Shown here: one piece after another, positions 28,446-37,920 of the stretch
How the letters are laid out: each line of letters starts with the position of its first letter
How positions within the stretch are numbered: the stretch's first letter is position 1
From: Bacilli bacterium
GTDB lineage: Bacteria > Bacillota_I > Bacilli_A > RFN20 > CAG-826
Reading direction: 5' to 3'
Assembly (NCBI GenBank): GCA_045597865.1
Contig: JAZLKX010000029.1
Coordinates: 1 to 52,262, forward strand
DNA length: 52,262 nucleotides
Program-made: the position numbers and the translations under genes
The notes under the pieces: model-generated
Database searches by the model: none
Told to the model about the DNA's origin: nothing
Seen by the model: only the letters and a program-made list of their open reading frames with translations

Positions 28446-29122
28446 GTGACTTTTTAGAACGTTCAAGGCAACTCCTTGGAGAAGAAAAAATCTCTTCTTT
28501 TGCCAACAAAAAAGTTGTTGTAATTGGCATTGGAGGAGTTGGCGGTACAGCGCTAGAATCATTAGCAAGATCAGGGTTCAAAAAATTTACTATCATTGAC
28601 TCCGATTTAGTTGACATTTCTAACCTTAATAGACAAGTACTTTTTACTTCGAAAAATGTTGGTGAATCTAAGGTGGATGCAGCAAAGAAACATTTACGTG
28701 AAATTTCTCCTGATTTTGATGTAAAAAAGATACAAGCAAAAATTGGTGATGTGAAGCTTGAAGATTTGCTTGATGAAAAACCAGACTTTATTATAGATGC
28801 AATTGATTTTGTAGAAGGCAAACTTCATATTTATGAATATTGTCTTAAAAACGACATTCCTTTTGTGTCTTCATTAGGTATGGGAAATAGAATCGATCCA
28901 GAACAAGTTGTTTTAACAACATTAAATAAAACTGAAGGCGATCCACTTGCAAAGAAGATTCGCTATGAAGCTAAACAAAGAGGAATAGACTTAAAGAAAG
29001 TAAATGTTGTTTTCTCAAAAGAAGTTCCGCTTATTAAAAGTCCTAAACCATCTTCAATGATGATGGTTCCATCAACCGCAGGTCTTTTAATTACAAAATA
29101 TGTTTTAATCACTATAAAATAG
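28442..29122 (+). CDS. tcdA: tRNA threonylcarbamoyladenosine dehydratase (ThiF family)
   Basis: GIGGVG...E.LARSG, SNLNRQ, DAID, G.GNR.DP, T.GDPLAKKIR, VVFS.E. Confidence 0.88.
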   Translation: MSDFLERSRQLLGEEKISSFANKKVVVIGIGGVGGTALESLARSGFKKFTIIDSDLVDISNLNRQVLFTSKNVGESKVDAAKKHLREISPDFDVKKIQAKIGDVKLEDLLDEKPDFIIDAIDFVEGKLHIYEYCLKNDIPFVSSLGMGNRIDPEQVVLTTLNKTEGDPLAKKIRYEAKQRGIDLKKVNVVFSKEVPLIKSPKPSSMMMVPSTAGLLITKYVLITIK

Positions 29123-29152
29123 TGTTATAATTATATTGAAGAGGTAAAAACT

Positions 29153-30763
29153 ATGATGAAAGTTATTACAGAAATTGCAAAAACTGCAAAAATTGACGAC
29201 AAATACGTCGACATGTACGGAAAGTACAAAGCAAAAATTGATTTATCTATAATGGATGAATTCAAAAACAAGAAAGATGGCAAGTTAGTTTTAGTTACTG
29301 CTATCACACCAACAAAGACTGGTGAAGGAAAGACAACCATGTCAATTGCTTTAGCTGAAGGTTTCGCTAAGGTTGGCACTAATTGTATGCTTGCATTAAG
29401 AGAACCTTCTCTTGGGCCTGTATTTGGTCTTAAAGGCGGTGCTACCGGTGGCGGACTTGCTTCTATTCAACCAAAAGATGACATTAATTTGCATTTCACT
29501 GGAGATATGCATGCTTTAACATCTTCAATTAACTTAATTGCTGCTGTCATTGACAATCATATTTTCCAAGGAAATGAATTAGGCATTGATCCAAGCAAAA
29601 TTGTTTGGACAAGAGCTCTTGATATGAATGATAGAGCACTTAGAAGTGTTACTGTTATGCAAGATGAAAAGAAGGGACAACCAAGACATGATGGCTTTGT
29701 TATTACAGTCGCATCAGAAATGATGGCTATTATGTGTCTTGCAAGTGATCCTGAAGACTTTAGAAATAGAGTTAACAATATTGTTGTTGCTTATACATTT
29801 GATGGCAAACCAGTTTATTTAAAACAACTCAGAATTTCTAATGCAATTATGAAATTAATGAGAGAAGCATTAAAACCAAATCTTGTTCAAACTGAAGAAA
29901 ATAACCCAACCTTAGTTCATGGTGGACCATTTGCAAACATTGCTCATGGTTGTAACTCAGTTATTGCTATGAAACTTGCATTAAAGTTAGGCGATGTTGT
30001 TGTTACAGAAGCTGGATTCGGTGCTGACCTAGGTGCTGAAAAATTCTTAGATATTTGCTGTCCAACTGGTGGATTTACTCCTAATGGAGTAGTTATGGTT
30101 GCTACTATTCGTGCTCTTAAAGAACATGGTGGTGTTCCATTTGAAGAATTAAAGACCCCAAATGTTGATGCATTAAAAGCAGGTGTTGGTAACTTAAGGT
30201 TACACTTAGAAAATATTCAAAAATACGGTTTACCAGTTGTTGTTGCAATTAATCACTTTGCTGACGATTCACAAGAAGAGATTGATTGGTTAACAGCATG
30301 GTGTAAAGAAAATGGCTATACCGTTTCATTTGTTGACGGATTTGCTAAAGGTGGCGAAGGCTCAATTGACTTAGCTAACAAAGTTAATGAAATGCTCGCA
30401 ACAAAACCATCAAATTACCACAAACTTTATGATTACAATTGCTCGATCAAGGAAAAGATTGAAACAGTTTGTAAAGAAATTTACAGAGCTGGAGCAGTTG
30501 AATTCTCTGAAAAAGCAAGTGAACAAATTGCTACATTTGAAAAACTTGGCTATGCCAAAACAGCAGTTTGTATGGCAAAAACTCCTCTTTCAATTACAGA
30601 AGATCCAAAAATTTATGGTGCTCCAACTGGACACACAGTTCACATTCGTGAAGTTAAATTATCAGCAGGTGCAAACTTTATTGTTGCATTAACTGGTGCA
30701 GTTATGACAATGCCAGGACTTCCAAAAGTTCCAGCAGCAGTCAAAATGGAAGACGAAAAATAA
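29153..30763 (+). CDS. fhs: Formate--tetrahydrofolate ligase
   Basis: TPTKTGEGKTT, LREPSLGP.FG.KGGA, HFTGD, HGGPFANIAHGCNS, TMPGLPK.PAA. Confidence 0.97.
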   Translation: MMKVITEIAKTAKIDDKYVDMYGKYKAKIDLSIMDEFKNKKDGKLVLVTAITPTKTGEGKTTMSIALAEGFAKVGTNCMLALREPSLGPVFGLKGGATGGGLASIQPKDDINLHFTGDMHALTSSINLIAAVIDNHIFQGNELGIDPSKIVWTRALDMNDRALRSVTVMQDEKKGQPRHDGFVITVASEMMAIMCLASDPEDFRNRVNNIVVAYTFDGKPVYLKQLRISNAIMKLMREALKPNLVQTEENNPTLVHGGPFANIAHGCNSVIAMKLALKLGDVVVTEAGFGADLGAEKFLDICCPTGGFTPNGVVMVATIRALKEHGGVPFEELKTPNVDALKAGVGNLRLHLENIQKYGLPVVVAINHFADDSQEEIDWLTAWCKENGYTVSFVDGFAKGGEGSIDLANKVNEMLATKPSNYHKLYDYNCSIKEKIETVCKEIYRAGAVEFSEKASEQIATFEKLGYAKTAVCMAKTPLSITEDPKIYGAPTGHTVHIREVKLSAGANFIVALTGAVMTMPGLPKVPAAVKMEDEK

Positions 30764-30960
30764 TGAAAGAATTCGATTATAAGTTAGGCGATATAGTTGA
30801 ACTTAAAAAGCCTCATCCGTGTTCAACTCATTCAACAAAATTTGAAATTGTAAGAGTTGGTGCAGACTTAAAAATTAAATGTTTAGGTTGTGGCAACGTT
30901 CTATTAATTTCACGCGATAACTTTAATCGACGTCTAAAAAGAGTTATCAAAGATAACTAA
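30763..30960 (+). CDS. DUF951 family protein
   Basis: GDIV.LKKPHPC.....EI.RVGAD.KIKC.GCG. Confidence 0.92.
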   Translation: MKEFDYKLGDIVELKKPHPCSTHSTKFEIVRVGADLKIKCLGCGNVLLISRDNFNRRLKRVIKDN

Positions 30961-30966
30961 AAAGTT

Positions 30967-31010
30967 TTTTATCGGAAACCGACATTTTACCTGAAATATA
31001 TAATGAGGGG
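30967..31010 (+). promoter_or_regulatory. Shared bipartite motif TTTTATCGGAAA-N11-CCTGAAAT upstream of ABC exporter pair
   Basis: Second copy of the motif in front of recA, also followed by TATAAT and a Shine-Dalgarno. Confidence 0.7.
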
Positions 31011-31019
31011 AAAAATAAG

Positions 31020-33110
31020 ATGTCGGTTTTTATTTTGGATAATATTTGTAAAAGTTTTACAACCGGTAAACAGACAAATACTGTCTTGAAAAATATTACA
31101 TTATCATTCCCAAAGAATGGTCTTTTTTCAATTATTGGAAAATCTGGTTGTGGAAAGTCTACATTATTAAACATTTTGATGGGGATTGAAAAACCAACAA
31201 GCGGAAAAATAACATTCAACGGAAAAGATATATCAAAAATGAGCGATAAAGAATTTTCTAAGTATCATTTAAGTGGTGTTTCCCTTGTTTTTCAGCATTA
31301 TAATTTGTTCAATCATCTTACTGCTTTAGAGAATGTAATTTTGCCACAAGAAATAGCTGGCAAAAATAAGAAAAAATTAATTGAAAAAGCAACGCAACTT
31401 TTCAGGCAATTTCATATTGAATATTTAATTAAAAGAAAAGTTGAAAATTTGTCAGGTGGCGAGAAACAAAGAATTGCAATTTTAAGAAGCTTAATTAGTG
31501 ATCCTGATGCTATTCTTTGTGACGAGCCAACAGGAGCACTAGATTATAAAAATAGTCGTGAAATAATGGAGATTTTACATGAAATTTCACGCGAAAAGCT
31601 GGTTATTATGGTTTCACACAATAAGAATCTTGTTGAAGAATTTTCTGATTATATTTTGATGTTAAAAGATGGTGAAATAGTAGATAACAAATACAATTAT
31701 TCAAAAGAAGAAAATCAAGTAAAAAAATCTCCTAAAATTCGTTATAGTTCTAAGTGGAAAAGTAAGTTCATAACACATAATTTAAAACGAAACATAAAGA
31801 AGAATATTTTTTCAATTATTTCATGCACATTATCATTTTCAGCAATGCTTATTTCTGTTGGTTTTTCTGAAGGCTCTAAAAGTTCTCAAGATGATGCACT
31901 AAAGCAGAATCTTGGTATAGGGTTTGCTACTGCATCGGAATCAGAATTTGTTGAAATAGAAGGCTCCCCATTACTATTCGAAAAGACAGTTAAACCGGAT
32001 GTTGAATTAATCGATAAATATTTCTCTGAATTTAAATCTATAAGATGTGAAGAAAATCTTTCATATTTTATTTCTAATTACCCAGCTTGTTATTTTGGCG
32101 ACACTAAAATAAATAATTTTGAAATGATTCCGCTATACGATTCAACTTTGTCGAATTATGGGAAAGAAATGATAATTAAAGGTTCTGCATGTGATGGCAG
32201 TTTGGAAGAAATTTTAGTAAATGAAGAGTTTGAAAATCAATTGAATTGCGATGCATTAAATAAAACAATCATTATAAATAATGAAAGTTATATTAATTTT
32301 CAAACAGGCGACGAAAAAATGTCTTTTGTAAAAGATACTTTAAATTTTACAAAGAAAATGAAAATTGTAGGGGTGATACATGAGTTTTCGTTTTTAAACA
32401 CTCCCAAAATTTATTTTTCCTATAAAGGAGCAAAGGAATTTTTAAAAAATGAAACAATGGAGAATGCATCTAATGTTTTAGGACATAGACTTACATATTT
32501 TGATTATTTAGAAAGCTGTAAAAATGATGATCCTGTTGCTTCATACTCATCTTATATTTTTATTACTGATATTAATGAAATAGGACCATTTTTTAATAGA
32601 ATTAAACTGCTTGAATCTGAACCTTTGCAAATTTCATCAATAGCATTAGAAACAAAGGAAACATATTCTACATTTATTAATTCGTTTTCTAGCACATTAA
32701 TAATCTTTGTAATTATTGCCTTTGCTGGAATTAATTTTATTTTAGGAATGATTTCATTATCAACGTTTCTAGAAAACAGGAAAAACACCGCCATATTAAC
32801 GTGTTTAGGAGCGAGAAATTCTTCAATTTATGCTATTCATTTAATTGAGAATTATTTAATAATATTTTTTTCTTATTTTTCATCAATATTTTTAGCAAAT
32901 TTTTTGCAATCAAAACTGAATGAAATTATATATGAAAAATTCATGTTGAAAAATCTAATCACAATGCCTCTTAAAATGTATTTAGGAGTGCCTTATGGTT
33001 TGATCATAATTTTAGGAATTATTGCGTTTATTTGTTCAACATTATTTACTCTGGTTCCTATGATTATTTATAGACACAATTCTATTACTGATGAGTTGAG
33101 GGACGAATAA
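31020..33110 (+). CDS. ABC transporter, fused ATPase + FtsX/MacB-like permease
   Basis: GKSGCGKST, LSGGEKQR, CDEPTGALD; TM1, large extracellular loop, three C-terminal TMs. Confidence 0.9.
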   Translation: MSVFILDNICKSFTTGKQTNTVLKNITLSFPKNGLFSIIGKSGCGKSTLLNILMGIEKPTSGKITFNGKDISKMSDKEFSKYHLSGVSLVFQHYNLFNHLTALENVILPQEIAGKNKKKLIEKATQLFRQFHIEYLIKRKVENLSGGEKQRIAILRSLISDPDAILCDEPTGALDYKNSREIMEILHEISREKLVIMVSHNKNLVEEFSDYILMLKDGEIVDNKYNYSKEENQVKKSPKIRYSSKWKSKFITHNLKRNIKKNIFSIISCTLSFSAMLISVGFSEGSKSSQDDALKQNLGIGFATASESEFVEIEGSPLLFEKTVKPDVELIDKYFSEFKSIRCEENLSYFISNYPACYFGDTKINNFEMIPLYDSTLSNYGKEMIIKGSACDGSLEEILVNEEFENQLNCDALNKTIIINNESYINFQTGDEKMSFVKDTLNFTKKMKIVGVIHEFSFLNTPKIYFSYKGAKEFLKNETMENASNVLGHRLTYFDYLESCKNDDPVASYSSYIFITDINEIGPFFNRIKLLESEPLQISSIALETKETYSTFINSFSSTLIIFVIIAFAGINFILGMISLSTFLENRKNTAILTCLGARNSSIYAIHLIENYLIIFFSYFSSIFLANFLQSKLNEIIYEKFMLKNLITMPLKMYLGVPYGLIIILGIIAFICSTLFTLVPMIIYRHNSITDELRDE

Positions 33111-35905
33111 TGATAAAAGCCGAGAAATTGAGCAAAAACTACGGAAAAAGACGGATATTTTCTAATTTTTCATTTACATTCCCAGATAAAGGTCTTGTTG
33201 CAATTGTTGGTGAATCAGGTAGTGGAAAATCAACATTGCTGAACATGATTTCTGGTCTCGATTTTGATTATACCGGAAATCTAAAAATTGATAACAAAAA
33301 CTTAAGTGAATTAACAGAGGATGAATTGTGTGATTTTCGACTAAAAAATATAGGGTACGTTTTTCAAAATTTTAGTCTATTAAATTTAGATACAGTTGAG
33401 AACAATATTTTGCTTCCGTTAGATGCATTCTCAAAGGCGGATAAAAAGCTTAAAAAACAAAGAGTTGAAGACGCTTTAACCACTGTTAATATTTCAAAGC
33501 TAAAAAAGATGCATGTTAATAAACTTTCTGGTGGCGAAAAACAGAGGGTTGCTATTGCTAGGGCAATTATTAATAATCCAAAAATTATTTTGTGTGATGA
33601 GCCGACGGGTGCTCTCGACGAGAAAAACGGAAATGAAGTCTTTGAATTATTAAAAACTATTTCTGCAGAAACGTTAGTCATTATTGCAACACATGATCTA
33701 GAAGCAATAACCAAAATTGCTGATGTTCTATTAAAAATAGAAAACGAAAAAATCACTATTTCTAAACTTGAGAATAAAGCTATAGGAAATAAACCCCTGT
33801 TAATTAGTGTTGGTGATGAAAGAAAGAAAACAAGAATTTCTGATAAGTTTAAGTTTTTACATTCATTAAACAAAATTCGTGCTAAAAAGTATCGAAGTAT
33901 AATTGTCAATTTAATGCTCTCATTGTCGCTTACTGGCGTTGGTCTGTCTGTTATTATTACTGATTCTGTTTCAACAAAAGTAAATGACGCATTCAAAACA
34001 ATAATGAATGGCAATCAAATAGTTTTATCGATGAAAAATGATAACGAAAATACTTTTACTTCTTCATATTCAGCTCCATTCGATAAAGTTTATCAAGTAT
34101 ACAATAAATATCAGTATCAAATAGACGGAATTGGAGTAAATTACCTGGTAAATTACGAAGATTTCTTTAAAAATCGAAATGAGTTTTTTGTCGATTTAGG
34201 GACTAGAACCTTTGATTTAAATTGTTATTCTGCACGAACAATTAATGATTTCAAATGGTTAGAAGATGATGGTGATTTTTATTATCCTTCTCCTGTCGAA
34301 TCTATTGATGATGATCAGGTTGTTTTAGGACTAACTTATGAGGATATGGTGCAGCTATGTTTTCAATTGCAGATTAAAAGAAATTTTACTTCATTAGGGC
34401 ATTATATTTATGAGCATGGTTTATTTATAACGTTCGCTGTTCAAAATGATTATTGGCAATATGACGATGAACAAATTTTTGAAGTTGTCGCAGTCAAGGA
34501 GACTAAATCTCCTACATTTTTTCATACAAACGATCTCTGGAATGAGATTGTTTTTGAAGAAATGATGAGACTTCCTTCCGATGATGATGAGGATCACGAA
34601 TTTCCATGGGAAATGTTTCGTATTTATTATTTAAAAACAAAAGAAAATCCTTCAGTATTTTTGAATGCATCATTTTATGATGAGGAACTATATGATTTTG
34701 TTTTTGAAAGAACTAATTTTAATTATAACCCAGTGATTTGCAAAGCAAATGAAGTGTGTGAAGAAAACAGAGTTTATGTTTATTATGCTGATAAGTATGC
34801 AATCAATCCAGGAGTGATAAAAAATGTTCCAAATGTTAAGAACTTTTATTTCACTTCTGACTTTGGTTATGCATCCTATGCTTCAAATTTATTTTCTGGT
34901 TTTGCTAAGAATGTATTTGTTTCTTTAGATGAGGATTTGATAAGTCAGGCAATTGATGCTGACACTCAATTAAATAATGAAATAAATCTTCAAATTGATT
35001 TGCCAAAAGGTGTAGTTCAAGGTAACTATCTAAACGCTGTTTCTGGAGGCCTTAGATTTTCAACAAAAATAGATAAACTTTTGTATGGAAGAAAACCTGA
35101 AAATAATAATGAAATTGTTATATCAAAAGGACTTGGTAAATTGTTGGATGAAAAGTCATTTGGACTGGGAAAATATATGGAAATCGCCGCAGAAACCCAA
35201 GAATTTCTTGATCAAGACGGTAAAGTAAACAAGGAGTACAACACAACAAAAATCGTTATTGTTGGAGTTACCGATGAAGAGAAAAATTATTTGTATCAAA
35301 ATCAAGATTGGACAATATCATTTTTTAGAGACAAATTAGGAGTATCGAGTTTCTATTTAATGCCTAGAGCAATCGTGTTTGAGTTCGATAATGAAAAAGA
35401 AGCAAATACAGCATATAGAAACATGCAAAACACATTGGTAAATTATAAAGTTATTAATCCGTTGGATGAGCTAAAAGTTAATATTGAATCAACGTTAGAT
35501 TATGCAAATACGATTTTGATATCGTTTTCAATTCTTGCAACCATTATTTCTATTTTGTTATTAGGAACCGTCTTAATGTTAAACATTACAGAAAGCAAAG
35601 ATGAAATAGAACTTTTTAGACATCTAGGCTTTAAAAGATCAGATATAAACTCAACATTTACTAACCAAGCAATACTACAGGGTTTAATAGCATTTGTTGT
35701 AAGTTCTATTGAACTTATCGTTGTTGATTTTGTTATAAGTTTCATTCTAGGAGATTACTTGAATATTGGATTTCAATTTTCTCTTAACACAAAACCAATC
35801 CTTTTAGTTTTCTTAATGGCATTAATTTTGCCTTATCTAATTTCAAAAATTATGCTTTTTTATCTTACAAGGAGGAAAATTCGAATAAAAAAAGTAAAGA
35901 TTTAA
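33110..35905 (+). CDS. ABC transporter, fused ATPase + FtsX/MacB-like permease (larger ectodomain)
   Basis: GESGSGKST, LSGGEKQRVAIARA, CDEPTGALD; same topology; TAATG coupling to previous gene. Confidence 0.9.
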   Translation: MIKAEKLSKNYGKRRIFSNFSFTFPDKGLVAIVGESGSGKSTLLNMISGLDFDYTGNLKIDNKNLSELTEDELCDFRLKNIGYVFQNFSLLNLDTVENNILLPLDAFSKADKKLKKQRVEDALTTVNISKLKKMHVNKLSGGEKQRVAIARAIINNPKIILCDEPTGALDEKNGNEVFELLKTISAETLVIIATHDLEAITKIADVLLKIENEKITISKLENKAIGNKPLLISVGDERKKTRISDKFKFLHSLNKIRAKKYRSIIVNLMLSLSLTGVGLSVIITDSVSTKVNDAFKTIMNGNQIVLSMKNDNENTFTSSYSAPFDKVYQVYNKYQYQIDGIGVNYLVNYEDFFKNRNEFFVDLGTRTFDLNCYSARTINDFKWLEDDGDFYYPSPVESIDDDQVVLGLTYEDMVQLCFQLQIKRNFTSLGHYIYEHGLFITFAVQNDYWQYDDEQIFEVVAVKETKSPTFFHTNDLWNEIVFEEMMRLPSDDDEDHEFPWEMFRIYYLKTKENPSVFLNASFYDEELYDFVFERTNFNYNPVICKANEVCEENRVYVYYADKYAINPGVIKNVPNVKNFYFTSDFGYASYASNLFSGFAKNVFVSLDEDLISQAIDADTQLNNEINLQIDLPKGVVQGNYLNAVSGGLRFSTKIDKLLYGRKPENNNEIVISKGLGKLLDEKSFGLGKYMEIAAETQEFLDQDGKVNKEYNTTKIVIVGVTDEEKNYLYQNQDWTISFFRDKLGVSSFYLMPRAIVFEFDNEKEANTAYRNMQNTLVNYKVINPLDELKVNIESTLDYANTILISFSILATIISILLLGTVLMLNITESKDEIELFRHLGFKRSDINSTFTNQAILQGLIAFVVSSIELIVVDFVISFILGDYLNIGFQFSLNTKPILLVFLMALILPYLISKIMLFYLTRRKIRIKKVKI

Positions 35906-35990
35906 TCAACGTTTTTATTTATTAAATGAATAAAAACTTATTTTATTAAAAATTAAGTGATATTATTTTGTCTAACAAGAGGAGTCTATT

Positions 35991-36191
35991 ATGAAGGGTA
36001 AAGTAATTAGATTCAACAAGAATAAAGGTTTCGGCTTTATCAAATCGGAAGACGGTAAAGACGTATTTTTCCATTATTCCGCACTTGTCATGGAAGGTTT
36101 TAAAGACATTGCTGTCGAATCTGCAGTTGAGTTCGATGTTGAAGAAACAGAAAAAGGCTTAAGAGCTTCAAACGTAAAAAAGATTGATTAG
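35991..36191 (+). CDS. Cold-shock domain protein
   Basis: KGFGFI (RNP1), DVFFHYS (RNP2), 66 aa. Confidence 0.93.
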   Translation: MKGKVIRFNKNKGFGFIKSEDGKDVFFHYSALVMEGFKDIAVESAVEFDVEETEKGLRASNVKKID

Positions 36192-36209
36192 TTTTTTATA
36201 TATTTGAAT

Positions 36210-36240
36210 AGCCAGAAATGTTTATCATTTTTGGCTTTTT
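36210..36240 (+). terminator. Terminator after csp
   Basis: AGCCAGAAATG...CATTTTTGGCT plus T tract. Confidence 0.6.
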
Positions 36241-36294
36241 CTTTACTTATTAATCTCGATAATATAAGATATTATCTCGCGAAGAGGTAAGTAT

Positions 36295-37401
36295 ATGTCA
36301 TTAAAAGCAGGAATTGTCGGATTACCAAACGTTGGAAAATCAACGCTCTTTAACGCTATTACAAACTCTCATGTTGAAGCTGCAAACTATCCATTTGCAA
36401 CTATCTCTCCGAACACTGGAGTAGTCAACGTACCAGATGAAAGATTGGATTTCTTAACTGGATTATTTAATCCAAAAAAGAAAATTCAAGCTACATTTGA
36501 ATTCTATGATATTGCAGGCTTAGTTAGAGGAGCCTCCAAAGGAGAAGGCTTAGGAAACCAATTCCTAGGTCATATTAGAGAATGCGATGCAATCGTAGAA
36601 GTTGTTCGCTGTTTTGATTCAAATGAAATTATCCACGTTGAAGAATCTGTTGATCCAAAACGTGACATTGAAACAATTAATCTTGAACTTGCTATGGCTG
36701 ACTTAGCAACAGTTGAAAAACGTATTGCAACAGTTGGTAATAAAGCAAGAGTGCAAAAAGATAAAGAATCTGTTTATGAAATGTCAATTCTTGCACCTTT
36801 ACAAGAAATTCTTTCTAAAGGTGAACCTGCAAGAAAGCTTTCTCTAAAGAAAGAAGAATTTGAATTTGCTTTCAAACAATATCATTTACTTACATTAAAA
36901 CCAATTATTTATGTTGCTAACGTTTCTGATGCTGATTATCAAGACTTAGACAACTGTAAATATTTAAAAGTTGTTCAAGAAATTGCTGCTCAAGAAAAAG
37001 CACAAGTCATTCCAATTTCTTGTGAAATTGAATATGAATTGTCTTCTCTTCCAAAAGAAGAAAGAATGGAATTTCTTGCAACTTTAGGTGCAACTGAATC
37101 AGGTCTTGATAAAGTTATTAAGGCTGTTTATAAATTACTAAATTTATCAACATTCTTTACTTGTGGACCTGATGAGTGCCGTGCTTGGACTTACACAAAT
37201 GGAATGTTGGCACCCCAATGTGCTGGCATTATTCACTCTGACTTTGAAAAGGGATTTATTAAAGCTGAAATATATAGTTTCGAAGATATTTTTAGCCTTA
37301 AATCTGAACTCGCAGTTAAGGAAGCTGGTAAGCTAAGAATTGAAGGAAAAGAATACGAAATGCAAGACGGCGATTGCGTATTCTTTAGATTCAATGTTTA
37401 A
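36295..37401 (+). CDS. ychF: Ribosome-binding ATPase YchF
   Basis: GIVGLPNVGKSTLFNA, ANYPFATI, DIAGLV.GAS.GEGLGNQFL, GIIHSDFEKGFI, FRFNV end. Confidence 0.97.
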   Translation: MSLKAGIVGLPNVGKSTLFNAITNSHVEAANYPFATISPNTGVVNVPDERLDFLTGLFNPKKKIQATFEFYDIAGLVRGASKGEGLGNQFLGHIRECDAIVEVVRCFDSNEIIHVEESVDPKRDIETINLELAMADLATVEKRIATVGNKARVQKDKESVYEMSILAPLQEILSKGEPARKLSLKKEEFEFAFKQYHLLTLKPIIYVANVSDADYQDLDNCKYLKVVQEIAAQEKAQVIPISCEIEYELSSLPKEERMEFLATLGATESGLDKVIKAVYKLLNLSTFFTCGPDECRAWTYTNGMLAPQCAGIIHSDFEKGFIKAEIYSFEDIFSLKSELAVKEAGKLRIEGKEYEMQDGDCVFFRFNV

Positions 37402-37413
37402 GGAGAAATAACC

Positions 37414-37887
37414 GTGATTCGTATAGGATTTTCTGAGGATATTCATCAAAAACAGGCTGGAAGAAGGCTTGTTTTAGGCGGTGTTGAATTTGAAAATGAA
37501 GTAGGTTTAGTAGGCCACAGTGATGCTGATGTTTTAACTCATGCAGTTGCCGAATCGATCCTTGGTGCACTTGCCCTTGGAGACCTTGGAAAATTCTTCC
37601 CAGATAACGATCCGCAATATGAGGGAATTTCATCACTTATTTTGTTGGATAAAGTTGTTGAGATGATGAACGAAAATGGTTTTAGAATTGGTAACATCGA
37701 CATTCAAGTTGCTTGTAAAGCACCTAAGCTTGCAGGCAAGATTGATGAGATGAGAAAGGTTGTCGCTGCTCATTTAGGTTGTTCAATTGCCCAAGTCTCT
37801 ATAAAAGCTTGCTCATTTAATGGAGTAGGACCTATTGGAGAAGATAAGGCAATTAAAGCACAATCATATGTTTTGCTTGAGAAATAA
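37414..37887 (+). CDS. ispF: 2-C-methyl-D-erythritol 2,4-cyclodiphosphate synthase
   Basis: RIG..D.H, GHSDADVL.HA, LGDLG.FFPD.D. Confidence 0.95.
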   Translation: MIRIGFSEDIHQKQAGRRLVLGGVEFENEVGLVGHSDADVLTHAVAESILGALALGDLGKFFPDNDPQYEGISSLILLDKVVEMMNENGFRIGNIDIQVACKAPKLAGKIDEMRKVVAAHLGCSIAQVSIKACSFNGVGPIGEDKAIKAQSYVLLEK

Positions 37888-37920
37888 ATTTCTCTTGTTA
37901 TAATAGAGCGTTAAAAAATT

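Noticed and set aside
29153-30763. Fhs slightly shorter at both termini than canonical
   Set aside because: All catalytic motifs are present; terminal trimming alone is not evidence of new function or pseudogenisation.
33364-34014. 216-aa minus-strand ORF and similar shadow ORFs (e.g. 28378-28821, 7663-7980)
   Set aside because: Antisense shadows of well-supported genes, without RBS or recognisable motifs.
37888-37920. T-box leader for argS
   Set aside because: Intergenic gap is only 33 nt and holds just a promoter.
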